64,000 bases of DNA, taken from contig MU004181.1 in the NCBI GenBank assembly GCA_010093605.1, forward strand, positions 2,232,001-2,296,000, given 5' to 3'. The notes under the pieces were generated by a model. The model was not told where the DNA came from. It did not search any database and saw nothing but the letters and a program-made list of their open reading frames with translations. This document shows positions 34,655 through 47,057 of this stretch, one piece after another (position 1 is the stretch's first letter; every line of letters begins with the position of its first letter). This stretch comes from Lophium mytilinum (Eukaryota). The position numbers were made by a program, and so were the translations under genes.

Positions 34655-35617
34655 CTATCGCACGTCTTGAAAAGGTGCAGCTTCCCTTGCACGCAACCTC
34701 GCGTCGTTAGAGAGCCATTCCGCATCTTCCATCTCCATATCACCATCGCAAGAATCGTCCAGGCTCCTTTTTGGTCGGGAGCTGCCGCTTCTTTCCCCCG
34801 GAATGTTCTGAGCCACCTGTCCATGGAGCAGATCCGGCGTTATAAGACCGTGGTTGGCTTTGGCAACCGACCGTTTGGCGAGCAGGATATCCCAGTACGA
34901 CTGCAAAAGGTTCTTGAGGGTGTCATCGAAATTCACGCAAAAGCGTTGCGCTTGACAAATCTGGATAGCTTTGATGTAGTCGATATTGCCCAGCATCTCC
35001 ATCAAGTAAGCCGCGACGATGGCCGCGGACTTTTCGTTTCCAGATTCACAGAAGACAAAGACTTTGCCTAGCCTCGGGTTGTTCGGATCTGACGTGAAAG
35101 TAGAGGAAAGATGTGCGTTGATGAGACGTGTAGCGCGCGGGAAAGTAGATATGAGAGTGTGGTAATCGGGAACCTCCAGCGTTGCAGTGTGAATTCCAGC
35201 TTCCTCCGCAGCTTTGAAAGCGCCAACCATGCCCATAGCTCTCGGCCGAATTGCCAATATCATTGTGATCCCCTCTTTTTGTAGGAAAGCCATGTCCTTC
35301 GCGGCAACCATTGGTCCTAGGAAGATGAATGGTAACACCATCTGAGCTTGCCGACGGCGCTCATAAGACCAGTCCATTAATGAATTCCGCGACAAGAAAG
35401 TGCTGAAGTCGACGCTGCTGAGGAAGCTGACATCGATGTCGCCAGCGTTTTGCTGGGAGGGACGATCAATCTCGACCTCGGGAAGTTCGTTGGCGAGAGT
35501 AGGAGGAGGGATGACAATCCGAGGGGGTGTGGGTAGTCGATAGACATAATCGTGATGCCGTTTATGGAGTAAAGTCTGGTCGGACATAGTAGCTTCTTCG
35601 TGAACAACCTGCATCAT
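34655..35617 (-). CDS. Dual-specificity phosphatase-fold protein, probable pseudophosphatase
   Basis: AQMVLPFIFLGP, GITMILAI, KVFVFCESGNEKSAAIVAAYLM, AIQICQAQRFCVNF. Confidence 0.85.
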   Translation of the reverse strand: MMQVVHEEATMSDQTLLHKRHHDYVYRLPTPPRIVIPPPTLANELPEVEIDRPSQQNAGDIDVSFLSSVDFSTFLSRNSLMDWSYERRRQAQMVLPFIFLGPMVAAKDMAFLQKEGITMILAIRPRAMGMVGAFKAAEEAGIHTATLEVPDYHTLISTFPRATRLINAHLSSTFTSDPNNPRLGKVFVFCESGNEKSAAIVAAYLMEMLGNIDYIKAIQICQAQRFCVNFDDTLKNLLQSYWDILLAKRSVAKANHGLITPDLLHGQVAQNIPGERSGSSRPKRSLDDSCDGDMEMEDAEWLSNDARLRAREAAPFQDVR

Positions 35618-36436
35618 GGTGGGACTGGCTGAAGGGAAAATGGTGGTTATGTGGTCGAGGCGGGTACTATTTAAGTAAATAGAAGCCGGGGCAAGGAGCG
35701 AGTCGTCGTCGTGCCCTCAGAGGGACGATTGAGTGGTAGGCGCGAGAGACGGTCAAGGCATCCTCATCCTCCAGGCAACAAAGCCCAACTAGGACAAGGC
35801 CAACTGAAGCTGATGGTGTATGTAAGATAGGTCTAGCTGCAGTGTGAGGGTGAGACTGAAGGTATAATAAAGAGGCAAAGGAGTGCGCGAATCGAAAGTG
35901 AGAAGGTGGACGTCGCGGTGCCGGCAACCATCATCGACGTCTTCCATCCGAAGATCCATGGAACGCGCTAGAGAGTTTTGGTGATGCCTGATCACGTGCA
36001 GAGAACGCAGCCCCTCGAATTTCCATCTTTCAAGCAAAGACGCAGTACACACATCCATCGCACCATCTAGAGCGTATGCGCGTGGTCAAGAGGTGGGGCA
36101 TGAATGGGGATCATGATGCAAAGACAAACAGTGCAGCTGGCCTCAAGACATTCCCTAGCCCAGTCGCTCAATTTCTACGCTGGATATGTTCCTTCAAGCC
36201 TCTTTACCAGGTCCAGACCCCGCATGCACTGGGTCTTCCAGTCTGCGTGCCTAGGGTAGCATAGGGCGCAGGCGGTGCCACCACTACCTAGGTACGTTAT
36301 ATAAGCGATTCGAGCTGCAGAGTCAATCACATGAGATGGGTCGAGAACTCTCAGTCTCTCCCATGGTACCTTCGATTATCTGTCCAAAAAAACTACCATC
36401 GTCCATCTGTTCCACGCGTTACACGTATCTGTCGCT

Positions 36437-37395
36437 ATGAATCAGAATGTAACTATTCGGTCCGCCCGACTCAAGGACCAACATGTCATGGCCTATGTTT
36501 GCGGAAAGGCATTCTTCAACGAAGACCTCTTTGGCAGAGTTATGCATCCGCACCGGGACAAGTATCCAGACGACGTGAACTTGTTTTGGTTGCGCCATCT
36601 ACGAGAAAAATGGTGGGATTGGAATAACGAGATTCTGGTCGCTACCGTTAGCGACGACGGTGGAATGGAGAAGGTGGTGGGTGTAGCCATATGGAAAAGG
36701 GAGGGCAGTGGTAGCAAGAAGTTATCTTGGGCGAGCCCATGTGAGTCTGGTCAAAATCGAGATCATTTGACATTTTGTTTTCTCCTTCGCGTCTTGCCTT
36801 CAAAGTCACATCTTAGATGATGAGGCGGAATCAATTCTACGAAGCTGCCTCAAGTGTAACCTTGATTATTTATACATTTCTACTCCTCAGAACGTCATCT
36901 TTCAACAACTCAGCAACTCAATTTCTATATCTAACGCACGCAGATCGCATCCTTCCATATCTTGCCCGTCTCTACAACGCCGTACACACATTCTTCTATC
37001 CCAACCGTGCTGCCAATCCAGCGGTCGAAAACATACTTACAGATTCGTTCCCGTACTTCAGCCACCACTTTACCACACCGGCCTCGAGACAAGAACAGTA
37101 CTTTCTCGATGTCCTGGGCATCTTACCCGCCTACCAAGGACGCGGGATTGGTGCGAGGCTTGTTCGCCGGGGGCTTGAGGCAGCAGACAGGGAAGGCGTA
37201 TGTGCCGCTGTAATGAGTAGCGATGGGAATGATGGGTTCTACAAGCGTGCTGGATTCGATGAGGTGGTCGGCTGGGCTACGGAAGGAGAAGGCAATCCAT
37301 TGGCCAAGGAAAAGACCACAGGGGGCGCGATTCTATTCCGGTGGGCAAGAGTGGATGGTCAACCGGAGAAAACAGGTGTGCAAAATTCAGAATGA
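36437..37395 (+). CDS. GNAT-family N-acetyltransferase, 2 exons
   Basis: Intron 36741-36943 restores the frame; motif A FLDVLGILPAYQGRGIGARLV; GFYKRAGF. Confidence 0.85.
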
Positions 37396-38832
37396 GGATA
37401 TGTGACGAGAGCAGTAAATTTCTTCAAAACATCGCTTTGACCGCGTGATCAAACTGCGTTATCCACCAATACGAATGCAAAACAATCAGAATCAACCACC
37501 TGGCTCACCACCTGCACCTCTCGAAGTGTTTGCGCACTTTCGTCTGCGGTATTCCCAGGTTATCGGTGAGTGTGGGAGATAACTTTTTGAACAGCAGGGG
37601 GCAGCTCGGACGCCTAATGAGTAGCTCACGGCGGAATCCCCCCACAAACTCCCAAACAGACGCCTTCCGCGCCGGATACAGGGATTTGCTGCGCGCGCGA
37701 AACCGAAGCTCCTCGGAGGATCAACCGGCACGCCAAAGCCGCCACTCCTTACTGCATCAAGACCAAACCTGCTGCAGGGATCCCGGGATTCGAAAACTTC
37801 GAGAAAGACAACCGTACGAGATGCCAGGGTCCCATTTCGAGGCTCTCGACCTGCAATTGGCAACCCGCATCGCTCTCGACGGTCCTGATCAGCAGTAATC
37901 ATTCGAGCTTTCCTGTTTCTCAAGAATTCGCCATCTGGACGTCAGCCTGCCCCCCTGCCCGTGGCGCCATGGTACATAGAAAGTCGGCACTTGCCCGTGT
38001 CTGGGTCCCGCAAACGATTGCGGCACAGCAAGTGCAGTGTGCGTCCTGCATACATAAATCTAGCGGTCTGCTTGGCCCCTTGGACCCAGTTTCTCACCCG
38101 GTTCCAAGCATCCAATATCCTCAGTCTCGGGTTTCCGCATCTGTTTCCGTTGCAGCCCCAACGAACCCCAAGGACCCCACTCCAAGCTCGAGCACGCGAA
38201 CTAAGGTTGCGGGTGCAGCTTCGATCACATCGGTAGGGTAAGATGAACCATTAAGTGTCGGGCGTAGCCGAGACGGTCTTGCTGGCTTCCGCTGCCGAGG
38301 CAGGGTATCCCTGTTTCTTATCTACCCATGTCTTGTCAGAAAGAAAAGCATAACTCTTTGCCGGGACGCCCGAGCAGCCAGCTTATGCAGACGAGCGGGA
38401 TGTGAAAGGCTGTTGGATGGGATCCTGGGCCCGCATCGCATGATCTTGGTGACGGACTGGGAGAGATGCATGTAGAGGAGTGGGAACTGAGGCGAGATCG
38501 AGGTACTGTACATTCGGTAACATCGCTGAGACGGAGCGGTGAGTCTAATCTATGCGATTTGCGACTTTGTTCTAGAGATCGAGATCGAGCTCGAGGAGGG
38601 TCGAGAAGCTTAGCACAGAGCTTCCACGGAAGAGGTCTGTGCCGCCATAATACTACATACTCAGAGAGTCAATATGGAAATTGCAAAACGCATTTCCATG
38701 AGACCTCCATATAACTAATTACACTATCTTGTTCGAGATATCCAACCTGACGGTACCTTTGTACTCCTAGTATTCCCAGTACTCCTAAGTTCGGAGGCCA
38801 GCCTCATAATTCGTGCGAACAACCCATCCATT

Positions 38833-40306
38833 CTATTTTTTAACGCCTCCCGCGAAATCCCTCACGACATCCCACTCTACCTCACGCCGGATGATCATCT
38901 CCTCGCTGCCAGTGGCGCTCCTCCGGCTCTCATCTTCCTCGTGTGTCGTCGAATGATAGATATTCGTCGTATTCTTGAGCTTCTCGGGCCTTAAATCGAC
39001 CTGTGCAGCATCGGGTCCATTTGCAGTGGCTTCGTTCACTCTACTAACCCTTTTCCCAATGCGTCTTAGACTGTATTTCACCCTGCCCTCCCCGCCGTCC
39101 ACGCTTCCGCCTGCGGACCCTTTGCTCAAATTCGACATGTTGTAGCTCTCCGCAGGCCGCCTCCTTCCGCTGCCTCCGGCACCGGAAGATCCCTGCCCAG
39201 ATGGGTTGCCCGAAGATGGGTTCGAGGAATACCCGACCTGTAGCCCAAGACCGGTATCGAAGCTCTTGACGAACGACTTCAGAGTTGGGATCGTGGCTGA
39301 GATAAGAGAGTAGCCGAGCTGCGCTTGTTGGTAGAGTGCTACATTAGCTAGGGCGACACCTGGGTTCGAGGCGCGAAGAGCATGTGAGAGAGCGATGATA
39401 TGGAGGACGGAGAATACTGCGACCCTGCACTTCGTCAGCTCGAGGTCTCGAATTCTCAAGCATTGGAGCTCACGGCAGTCTGAAGGCGAAGGCGAGAACG
39501 ACGCGAAACTTGAATTCCGTCCTCATCTGGATATACGACAAGAAATAGACAGGGACGAGGACGAGGAGAAGCTCGGTGACAATGTCTAATGTCGAGACTA
39601 CCTTGTATCGAGTCAACTGTTCGTTTTGATTAGCACGGGCGAGCTAGAGGGATCTGGATTTGGAGGATCTGCGAACTCACGTATCCGGTACACCTCGGCT
39701 CTACTTGTCCTAGAGTATAAAAGCTGGCGGAGCAGCCAACGCTCACCAGAAGGGCGGAGGCGAATCCCCAGGCTATCGCCAGGCCGAAGAATACACTACA
39801 GATGAACCAAAAGTTCTTCATATCACGAGTGAAGAGACGTTGGATGAGCAACACAACGGAGCACTTTGCGGCGCATAATGAAAGATAGAACAGGATCTGG
39901 TTCGCGAAAAGTGCCTATGAAGATCAGAAGGCGTCGAATGTTGTGGGCAGTGGATGAACATACTCTGAAGACGTCGAAGAACTGACTGTCATCCAGCAAG
40001 TCAAAGTTTTTGCCGAGTCCAGCAGACGATGAGGATAGTATGGCAGCAAACTGACCAAAGAATAGTATCTATGGTGTATTAGCGGATGTTGTTGCAGAGT
40101 GGGGCCAAGAAATGCGGGATAGAATGTACCTGGGCTACCGCTACGGCCCAGTCTTCGGCACCAAACATGCGCTTCTTGACGAAACATCTCGTAATGAACG
40201 CCAAGGAAGAGTAAGTCATGGCCATAAGCGTGGCAATGTAGACATATCCCCCATGGTCGTCAGGCGTAATGGTGGAGAATCGCTCGCCAGCGAAGACGGT
40301 CGACAT
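38833..40306 (-). CDS. PTH11-like (fungal rhodopsin-domain) integral membrane protein, 5 exons
   Basis: TITPDDHGGYVYIAT, FGAEDW, LSLCAAKCSVVLLIQRLF, SLISATIPTLKSF; multiple TM helices; four GT-AG introns. Confidence 0.8.
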
Positions 40307-41601
40307 AGCGAGCAGGCAAGATCAGTGGCACTGGCTGAGGTGGATCGATCTGGGGGATCTGCCACAGAAGTACATAGCGATTCGTATGCGTGAAGCTGTG
40401 CCTCAGCAGCATGGCACCTTCAAACACGCACACAAGGTGCAGCAGTGGATCCGTTGGGTACCGCCATAAGGGTTCGAGCGCGGCATGGATGGACTTGAGA
40501 GAGCCGTACCACCGGTTCAAATTAAACACAACAACGGCTTTCGCTAGGATGGCTACGATCAGGCGCAATCAAACACATGGCCGGGAGCGTGCAAGGTTCC
40601 GCGGACGGATTGCCAAACGTGCCAAGGGGTGCAGCTGTGCAGCTTCACAAGCCACCCGGCCACACTCGGGCTGGACAGACGTGTTCCTCACAGGTCACAA
40701 CTCTCTTCTTCGCTCTGCAGTGCGGGCACCTTGCGGGCACTTTGCGGGCATTGCCGAACGCGTCGTACCGCAGCCATAGCGCAGCCGTAGCGCAGCCTTC
40801 CCGGCATCGTGGTCGTCGGTTGCACCGAATCGGCGCTCATGGCGGCGCGGGCGGGAGGCTGGCTATCCTCGCCGCGGCGCCGGCTGGCCATCCAAGCGAC
40901 TGTTGATGCGTTGCTTTTCGCCTTTGCGACAGGCACTTGCATCAACAACCCCAGGCCAGGCCAGGGCCCCGAGAGTCTCCCCACCAGATAGGGTGCGGGA
41001 TGCGTCCTTGGTGGCCTGCCGCGCTTCGATCCCGTCTGTGCAGCTGCTGTGCCGCAAACCGGCCCACATGGCCACCGGCCACTGCTGCTGGCGGCATTTG
41101 GCCTCGTACAGAAGGTGGTGGGATATGGTGGGAGATGGAGGGAGACGTGCCCAGATTCGAACGAACAACCCACGCTGGTACCACCGACGACCCCCTCAAC
41201 GCCACGGCCATGCACCCATCTTGAAGCGATCCCCAGTTCCATGTCGTGATAGGAACTACCATACGCGCGCTGTACCAGTGGTGGCGTCTCGCGTCCCCCA
41301 CAGTCCATGCAACCGCGTCTCCGTCCGACCCAGCCCGGACCCTGGCCGCAACTGGGGTGCAAGGTGAGGGATAATGGACTACCCGAAGTCGCATTTGTTT
41401 AATCTCAACGAACAGGGTACCTTTATCAGTCTGACAGTGCCTTCTCCGCCTTTTCCTTCTTCTCAATAGAAGCCCAACCCAGCGCCCGTCAAACCCCCGT
41501 CTCCCAGTCGATCTGCCCACAGTTTGCCTTGGTCGCTGCTGTGCTTGTTGTTGATTGTATTCGTCAACAGACACCTCACTACACTCACCAATTGGCCCAG
41601 T

Positions 41602-43353
41602 ATGGCAGACCTCAAAGGCATTGAAACCGAGATTCGTGACAGCGGCAGTGCCGAGTCCCAGTATGGCGACGGTGTCGTCTCCGAGAAGAAGGGCACTCCC
41701 GATGACCAGAAAGATATGAGCCGTATGGGCAAGCTGCAAGAGATGAGGGTATGCCGATCCGAACTCCCACACCACCTTCATGTAGCTGACTCGCTATAGC
41801 GAAACTTCAAATTCGTCTCGATATTTGGCTATGCTATGATCCTAATGTCGTCATGGGAAACTACCCTCAAGTAAGTTTCCGGCGGAGAATTGCTCCATGC
41901 TGGTCGTCATCTTCGTCTGACCCGCAACACAGCACATTGAGTATTCCACTGCTTAACGGTGGAACCGGAGGTGCCATATTCGTGTACATCGGCACGGTAG
42001 TCGGCATGTTCTTTGTTACCGTGTCCATGGCTGAAATGGCATCCATGGCTCCTACCTCAGGCGGCCAGTACCATTGGGTGTCCGAATTTGCTCCTCGAAA
42101 GCACCAGAAGTTCCTCAGTTATCTAGTCGGTAAGCTTTCGAAGTCCTCGTGATTTGCAGATTTGGGTTACACGGATCTGACACCTGACAGGCTGGCTGTG
42201 CGTCCTGGGCTGGCAGACTGGCATACCCTCGGTCGGTTACCTCGCAGGAACTCAGATCCAGGGCTTGATCATCCTCAACAACCCCAGCTACTTTCCCGAA
42301 CGCTGGCACGGAACGCTTTTAGTCATCGCTATAGCGACTTTCTCCATTGTCTTCAACACGGTCCTCGCACGAAAGCTCCCTCTTATCGAAGGCGCGGTGC
42401 TCATACTCCACATCTGCGGATTTTTCGCCATTCTTATCGTGCTCTGGGTGCTTGCACCCAGAAGTAAAGCTAGCGATGTTTTTGGCGTCTTCCAGGATAA
42501 TGGGGGCTGGGGCAACGTAGGCCTCTCATGTCTTGTAGGACAGTTAGCACCCGTGTTTGGTCTGTTAGGCTCGGATTCCGCGACCCATATGTCGGAGGAG
42601 CTACGCAACGCCTCCTGGGTGCTTCCACGAGCCATGATTTGGACTGTTGCGGTGAACAGTGTTCTCGGCCTAGTCATGCTCATCACCATCTGCTTCTGCC
42701 TCGGGGACGTTCCGACCATCCTTTCTACAGCAACTGGATACCCGTATATCCAAGTGCTCTACAACGCCACGGGTTCGAACGCCGCTACGTCTGTCCTGGC
42801 TGCCATCATGATCATCATGTCGACCTTTGGCTGCGTGAACAACGTCGCCACGTCATCTCGCCAGCTCTTCGCCTTCGCCCGCGATCATGGCGTCCCATTC
42901 GGCGACTTCCTGTCTTATGTCCGCCCGGGCTGGGACATCCCTCTCAACGCCATCCTGGTCTCCTTCGTCATCGCCGTGCTCATGTCTCTCATCAACATCG
43001 GCAGCACCGTGGCATTCAACAGCATCGCCTCTCTTGGCACCTGTGCGCTGCTCTCCTCATACATCATCTCCATCTCCTGCATGTTCATCAAGCGTTGGCG
43101 CAAAGAGCCTCTCCTCCCATCCCGGTTCAACCTCGGGAAGTACGGCATCTACATCAACGGCATCTCCATTGCATATCTCTGGGTGGCGTTCGTATTCACC
43201 TTCTTCCCCTCGGTCCCGAAGCCAGCGCCGGACTTTATGAACTGGAACATTCTCATCTACGGGTGCACGATTGTCTTTTCGATGGCCTACTTTGTGTGGA
43301 AGGGGCGCCATCAATATATTGGCCCGGTGGAATATTTGAACAAGGACATGTGA
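41602..43353 (+). CDS. Amino-acid permease (APC superfamily, GABA/choline ACT-type), 4 exons
   Basis: DMSRMGKLQEMRRNF, SMAEMASMAPTSGGQYHWVSEFAP, DSATHMSEE, SRQLFAFARDHGVPF; three GT-AG introns. Confidence 0.93.
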
Positions 43354-43826
43354 TGGAGGCAGACGGACAGGACATAGTGGGATGTTCCAAATCTTCCAGG
43401 TGGCCATATGGTGAACCGGGACAGGAATATAGAAAGCTCACCTAGAGTTTGGTTGGTGACCAGATCCGTGTGCGAGTTTGGCATCGTGTATTCACGGATC
43501 AGCCGTGCACGGTCAACCTAGCTGCATAACAGCGATTCTGCTGTGGAGCTTAATCATAATGAAGTTTCGAAAAGTATGACACATGAAAACAAAAATTGAC
43601 AAAGGAAAGAATTGACTGTGAAACTGTAGAAAGTGAAAAGAGAATGTTTGTCTCTAACAGCCGAAACCTTACCGCTTATGACTAGCCTTGGGGCTTCTAC
43701 GTAAGCCCTGGATGGGGGCCGACCGAGAGCAAGCTCAAGAAAGTAAGATCAGGTCGCATTCAGACCTATGGGTATAAAACATGCAATCTTAGCCAAAAAA
43801 GTCCTTCGCAACTCTCACCAAGCCCC

Positions 43827-46444
43827 TCAACTGAAATGATCGCCATGATCCCCTTCGCCCAGCTTCCTCCCCATCGTGCCCCTCCGTATTTTCCATTGCC
43901 TCCGGTGCCGTTTCTCTTCAGCCTCCCTCTCTAGCCTTTTAGCCTTCTTGCGCTCATAGACAGCCCTGACCGTCCGTCGAGTCTGCTCTTTGCCTTCCTG
44001 GAAATTCGTTCGGGCAAGCGACACGACGCTGTCAATCTGGTCGGGCGTATAGACGAAGTTCCACGTGGACATGAAATCCGACTTCTTGGGATCTACGCCG
44101 TCGACCTTTGGGTTCGAGACGAAAGGGAAGTAGACAACCGTGATCCCCGCGTTCGGCTGCATGAGTTCCCAGTCCTCCTCTACGCGCTTGGAGGACGGCG
44201 GTTCCGAGTCGCTGGTGCGCTCTTCCGTCGTGCCTACCCACACATTGCAATAGCCTAGCTCCTCGTTGACGGTAGCGTTCTTCTTGGCCTCATGTCGGCG
44301 TTGGATTCTCTTTGCTTCGTCCATTTTCGCGGTGGCGTCTTCGTCCGACTTGGCTTGAGCGGCCTCGAGGTCTTGGGCAATCTCCTGCTGAGACGCATCC
44401 GACGGAGGCCACCCAGCGCCAATCGGCCAGCCCTTGATGCCGCGCTGCCTGGCGTAGCCGTCTGCGACTTTCAGCCAGTTATCGGTCTTGACGTCCGCGG
44501 ATGCATCGAACGCGATGAGGATGTCGACTTCCCGACCAGGGCGGAGGAGTGGGTAGATAGGCAGGTTATTCGACATTCCCGCGTCCATGAGCTGCAGATT
44601 GGCCGTCTTGTGGATACTCTCCGGGCACGAAGCTGGAAGCACATCTCGCATGCCAAGAGCGAAGTTGGGGATACCCGCGGGATCGATCGGATGGAGTTTG
44701 ATTAACTCCTCGTCGCGCTCCGAGATCAGTTGGTCTATACCGCCGAACCCGGCGAGACCTCTCATGATGGGTCGGATCTCTCTGTAGTAGTGGGAGAGCG
44801 TTGCGCAGAAAGCACTGCCCCAGATTCCCATCAAGAGAGGGACTCGAAGTTCGGGGAGTGCGAGGCCGTTTTGCCGCCAGACGGTTTTGCCGTTTTCGAA
44901 CTTGCGCCCAATTGCCCAGGTTGGGATGCCGGCTTCGAGCTCCTCGCACCAGAATTCGTACGGAGTAAACCTGAGGCTGGTTAGTGGTTGCCATTTAGAT
45001 TAGCCGTAAGTCGGACGTACTCGAACCATTGAAACCAAGCTTCTCTTCTTGCTTTTGCTGAAGCTGCAATGGGATCTTTCATGTCTGCCTGCTCTGCTAG
45101 TGGAATCTCGTGACGAACTGCTGTATATATAGGCAACGGGTGGGATCCGTCGTCTATGTAACGTCGTTGATTGGACACCTTGAAGTCGTATTCATCGACG
45201 GAGAGCTCGCCTTTCGGAACAAGAAGCCTAGCAGCCAGGAGGAGACCATAGACGTCCACAATCCCAAAATCTGCATCCGGAATTCCTTTAGACTTTTCGA
45301 CCAATCCAGAGAGCAGATACTTATTCGTTGGGGCACAAGCTAGTAACGGCAACGCCGCAGGAGGGAAAGCAATGTGAACGCCTAGTCTGTTCTTCAAGTG
45401 GTCGATGAGCTTTTGGTGACTCCGTCCAGCTACAGACGAATAGTACAGTGTCTGGAGCCAGCAACTACCACTAACGCCAGCCGTGTAGGTCACACAGTCA
45501 AAGAGCCCTGCTTCGTGAGCCGAGAGGTAGGACGAGCTTCCAGCAACAAGAGCGCGTAGACCGCCCCCGGATCCACACATAGCAATAGTCGGAATGTCCT
45601 CTGGGTGTATGTCCCGCTCGGCTAGGCCCAGGTACTTGGAGATTGCACGCCTCGTGTGAACGCGTCGTTTCTCTAGGAATGCCTTCTCCTCTGTACATAT
45701 ATCGTTGGATACACGAACCACCGCATCCCATATGATCTCCGGGTTGATCTCGGGGTCGTTTGCTTCGTACCAGATTTCTTCGGCGAGCGATCCAGGCGCC
45801 ATTGAGAGCTCATTCTGCAATTTATTCAAGAACCCGGGTATGATCTTGAACCAGTCGGGAACGATATAATCAACGATTGTATCCCCAATTGAAGTGACTG
45901 ATTTCGAGGCAGTTGTGAGACTGCCCGTAAAGCCATCCCACGACGACGGCAGTGTTTCGGGCGTGGCCTCTTCTCCGGATTCTGATACAACGCGAGTCTG
46001 AGGTGGTGGCTCCTGCAGACCGGATGTTTTTTGGGACGTGTCTGCATCTTCAACTGTAGTGCTCTCATGCTTATCTTCATTCCCACGTCCCCAGCCTCCG
46101 ATGTACGGTATATTATCTGTCCAGCTGTTGCTCTCCGAGCTGTCGGCGCGTATGGGGCGATGTGTGAAAGAAGCGGCCGGGTCATGGAGGTCGACGATTG
46201 AGGTAGAGATGATTCCCACAGCAAACCCCGCGAGCAGAACTGAAGGGCTGTACTTAAAAGGGTGCGGTCCACCAGAAGGCGCGTGTGCTTTCCGCGTTAA
46301 AAGTCTTTGGAAGTGTCAGTCTTTCTATTTCAAGCCTTAAAGACATAGGTGACATTCGAAACCTTACCTTCGACGCGTGGAATTCAGCCCGTAGGCCCCA
46401 GAGGTCCTCGACCTAGCCGTCCGGATTGTCGAGCTTTTCAGCAT
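43827..46444 (-). CDS. Cytosolic phospholipase A2 / lysophospholipase family protein (PLA2_B domain), 3 exons
   Basis: GSGGGLRA, GVSGSCW (nucleophile Ser), LPIYTAVRHE, WFEFTPYE, LMDAGMSNNLP (catalytic Asp); start at 46444, or at the in-frame ATG 46513. Confidence 0.88.
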
Positions 46445-47057
46445 GCTGTCCTGTACACACGCTGGATTGCGGAGGTAAAGGGACGAGGGGGAGGCGACTG
46501 CCCAATTGGGCATATGGCAAAGTTATATCATGCTATTCTGCGATGGCAATCATCCGGTGGCTTCCAGGTTTTCAGGAATGACGCCGTTATGAAGCTGCCC
46601 TGCCAAGCAATCTCGGGAGCAGATCCTGGAGACTTTCGGGTCGATCGGGAGCGATAGGGTAGCTCTGATGTGTGCATGTGGCAGTCGCCCATAAGGCGCG
46701 ACAATTCACCGAGAAATGGAAGCATTTTTCTGAACCAATCGTGTGAAGGTACACTACACTGATATAAGTGCTAGTTGCATCCATGGACAGCAGAGGGGGA
46801 CGGGCACGTCACGGCCAATTGGGGCCTAGTGTCGTCAGAGCGGTCCACATCATCTCTCCGCTTGCATGAAGCTCTGAAACCATTTATATCATCAAGCCCT
46901 CGAGGTCGTGATGGCCCCTATTCACTTCTTGTAACATACTTCCACGTTGTCGCACGGTAAATAATACTGCGACTTGTCCAAGGCACACTATCCGTACATA
47001 CATACATTCCTCGCCCGCTCTCGGGACGAGCTCCGGAGAGCTTCAGCGGCAGGCGCG

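Noticed and set aside
36815..36875. Box C-like ATGATGA in the long GNAT intron (intronic snoRNA)
   Set aside because: No matching box D (CTGA) or terminal stem found.
40577..41781. Long ORFs in the GC-rich receptor/permease intergenic region
   Set aside because: Expected by chance at high GC; low-complexity translations on both strands.
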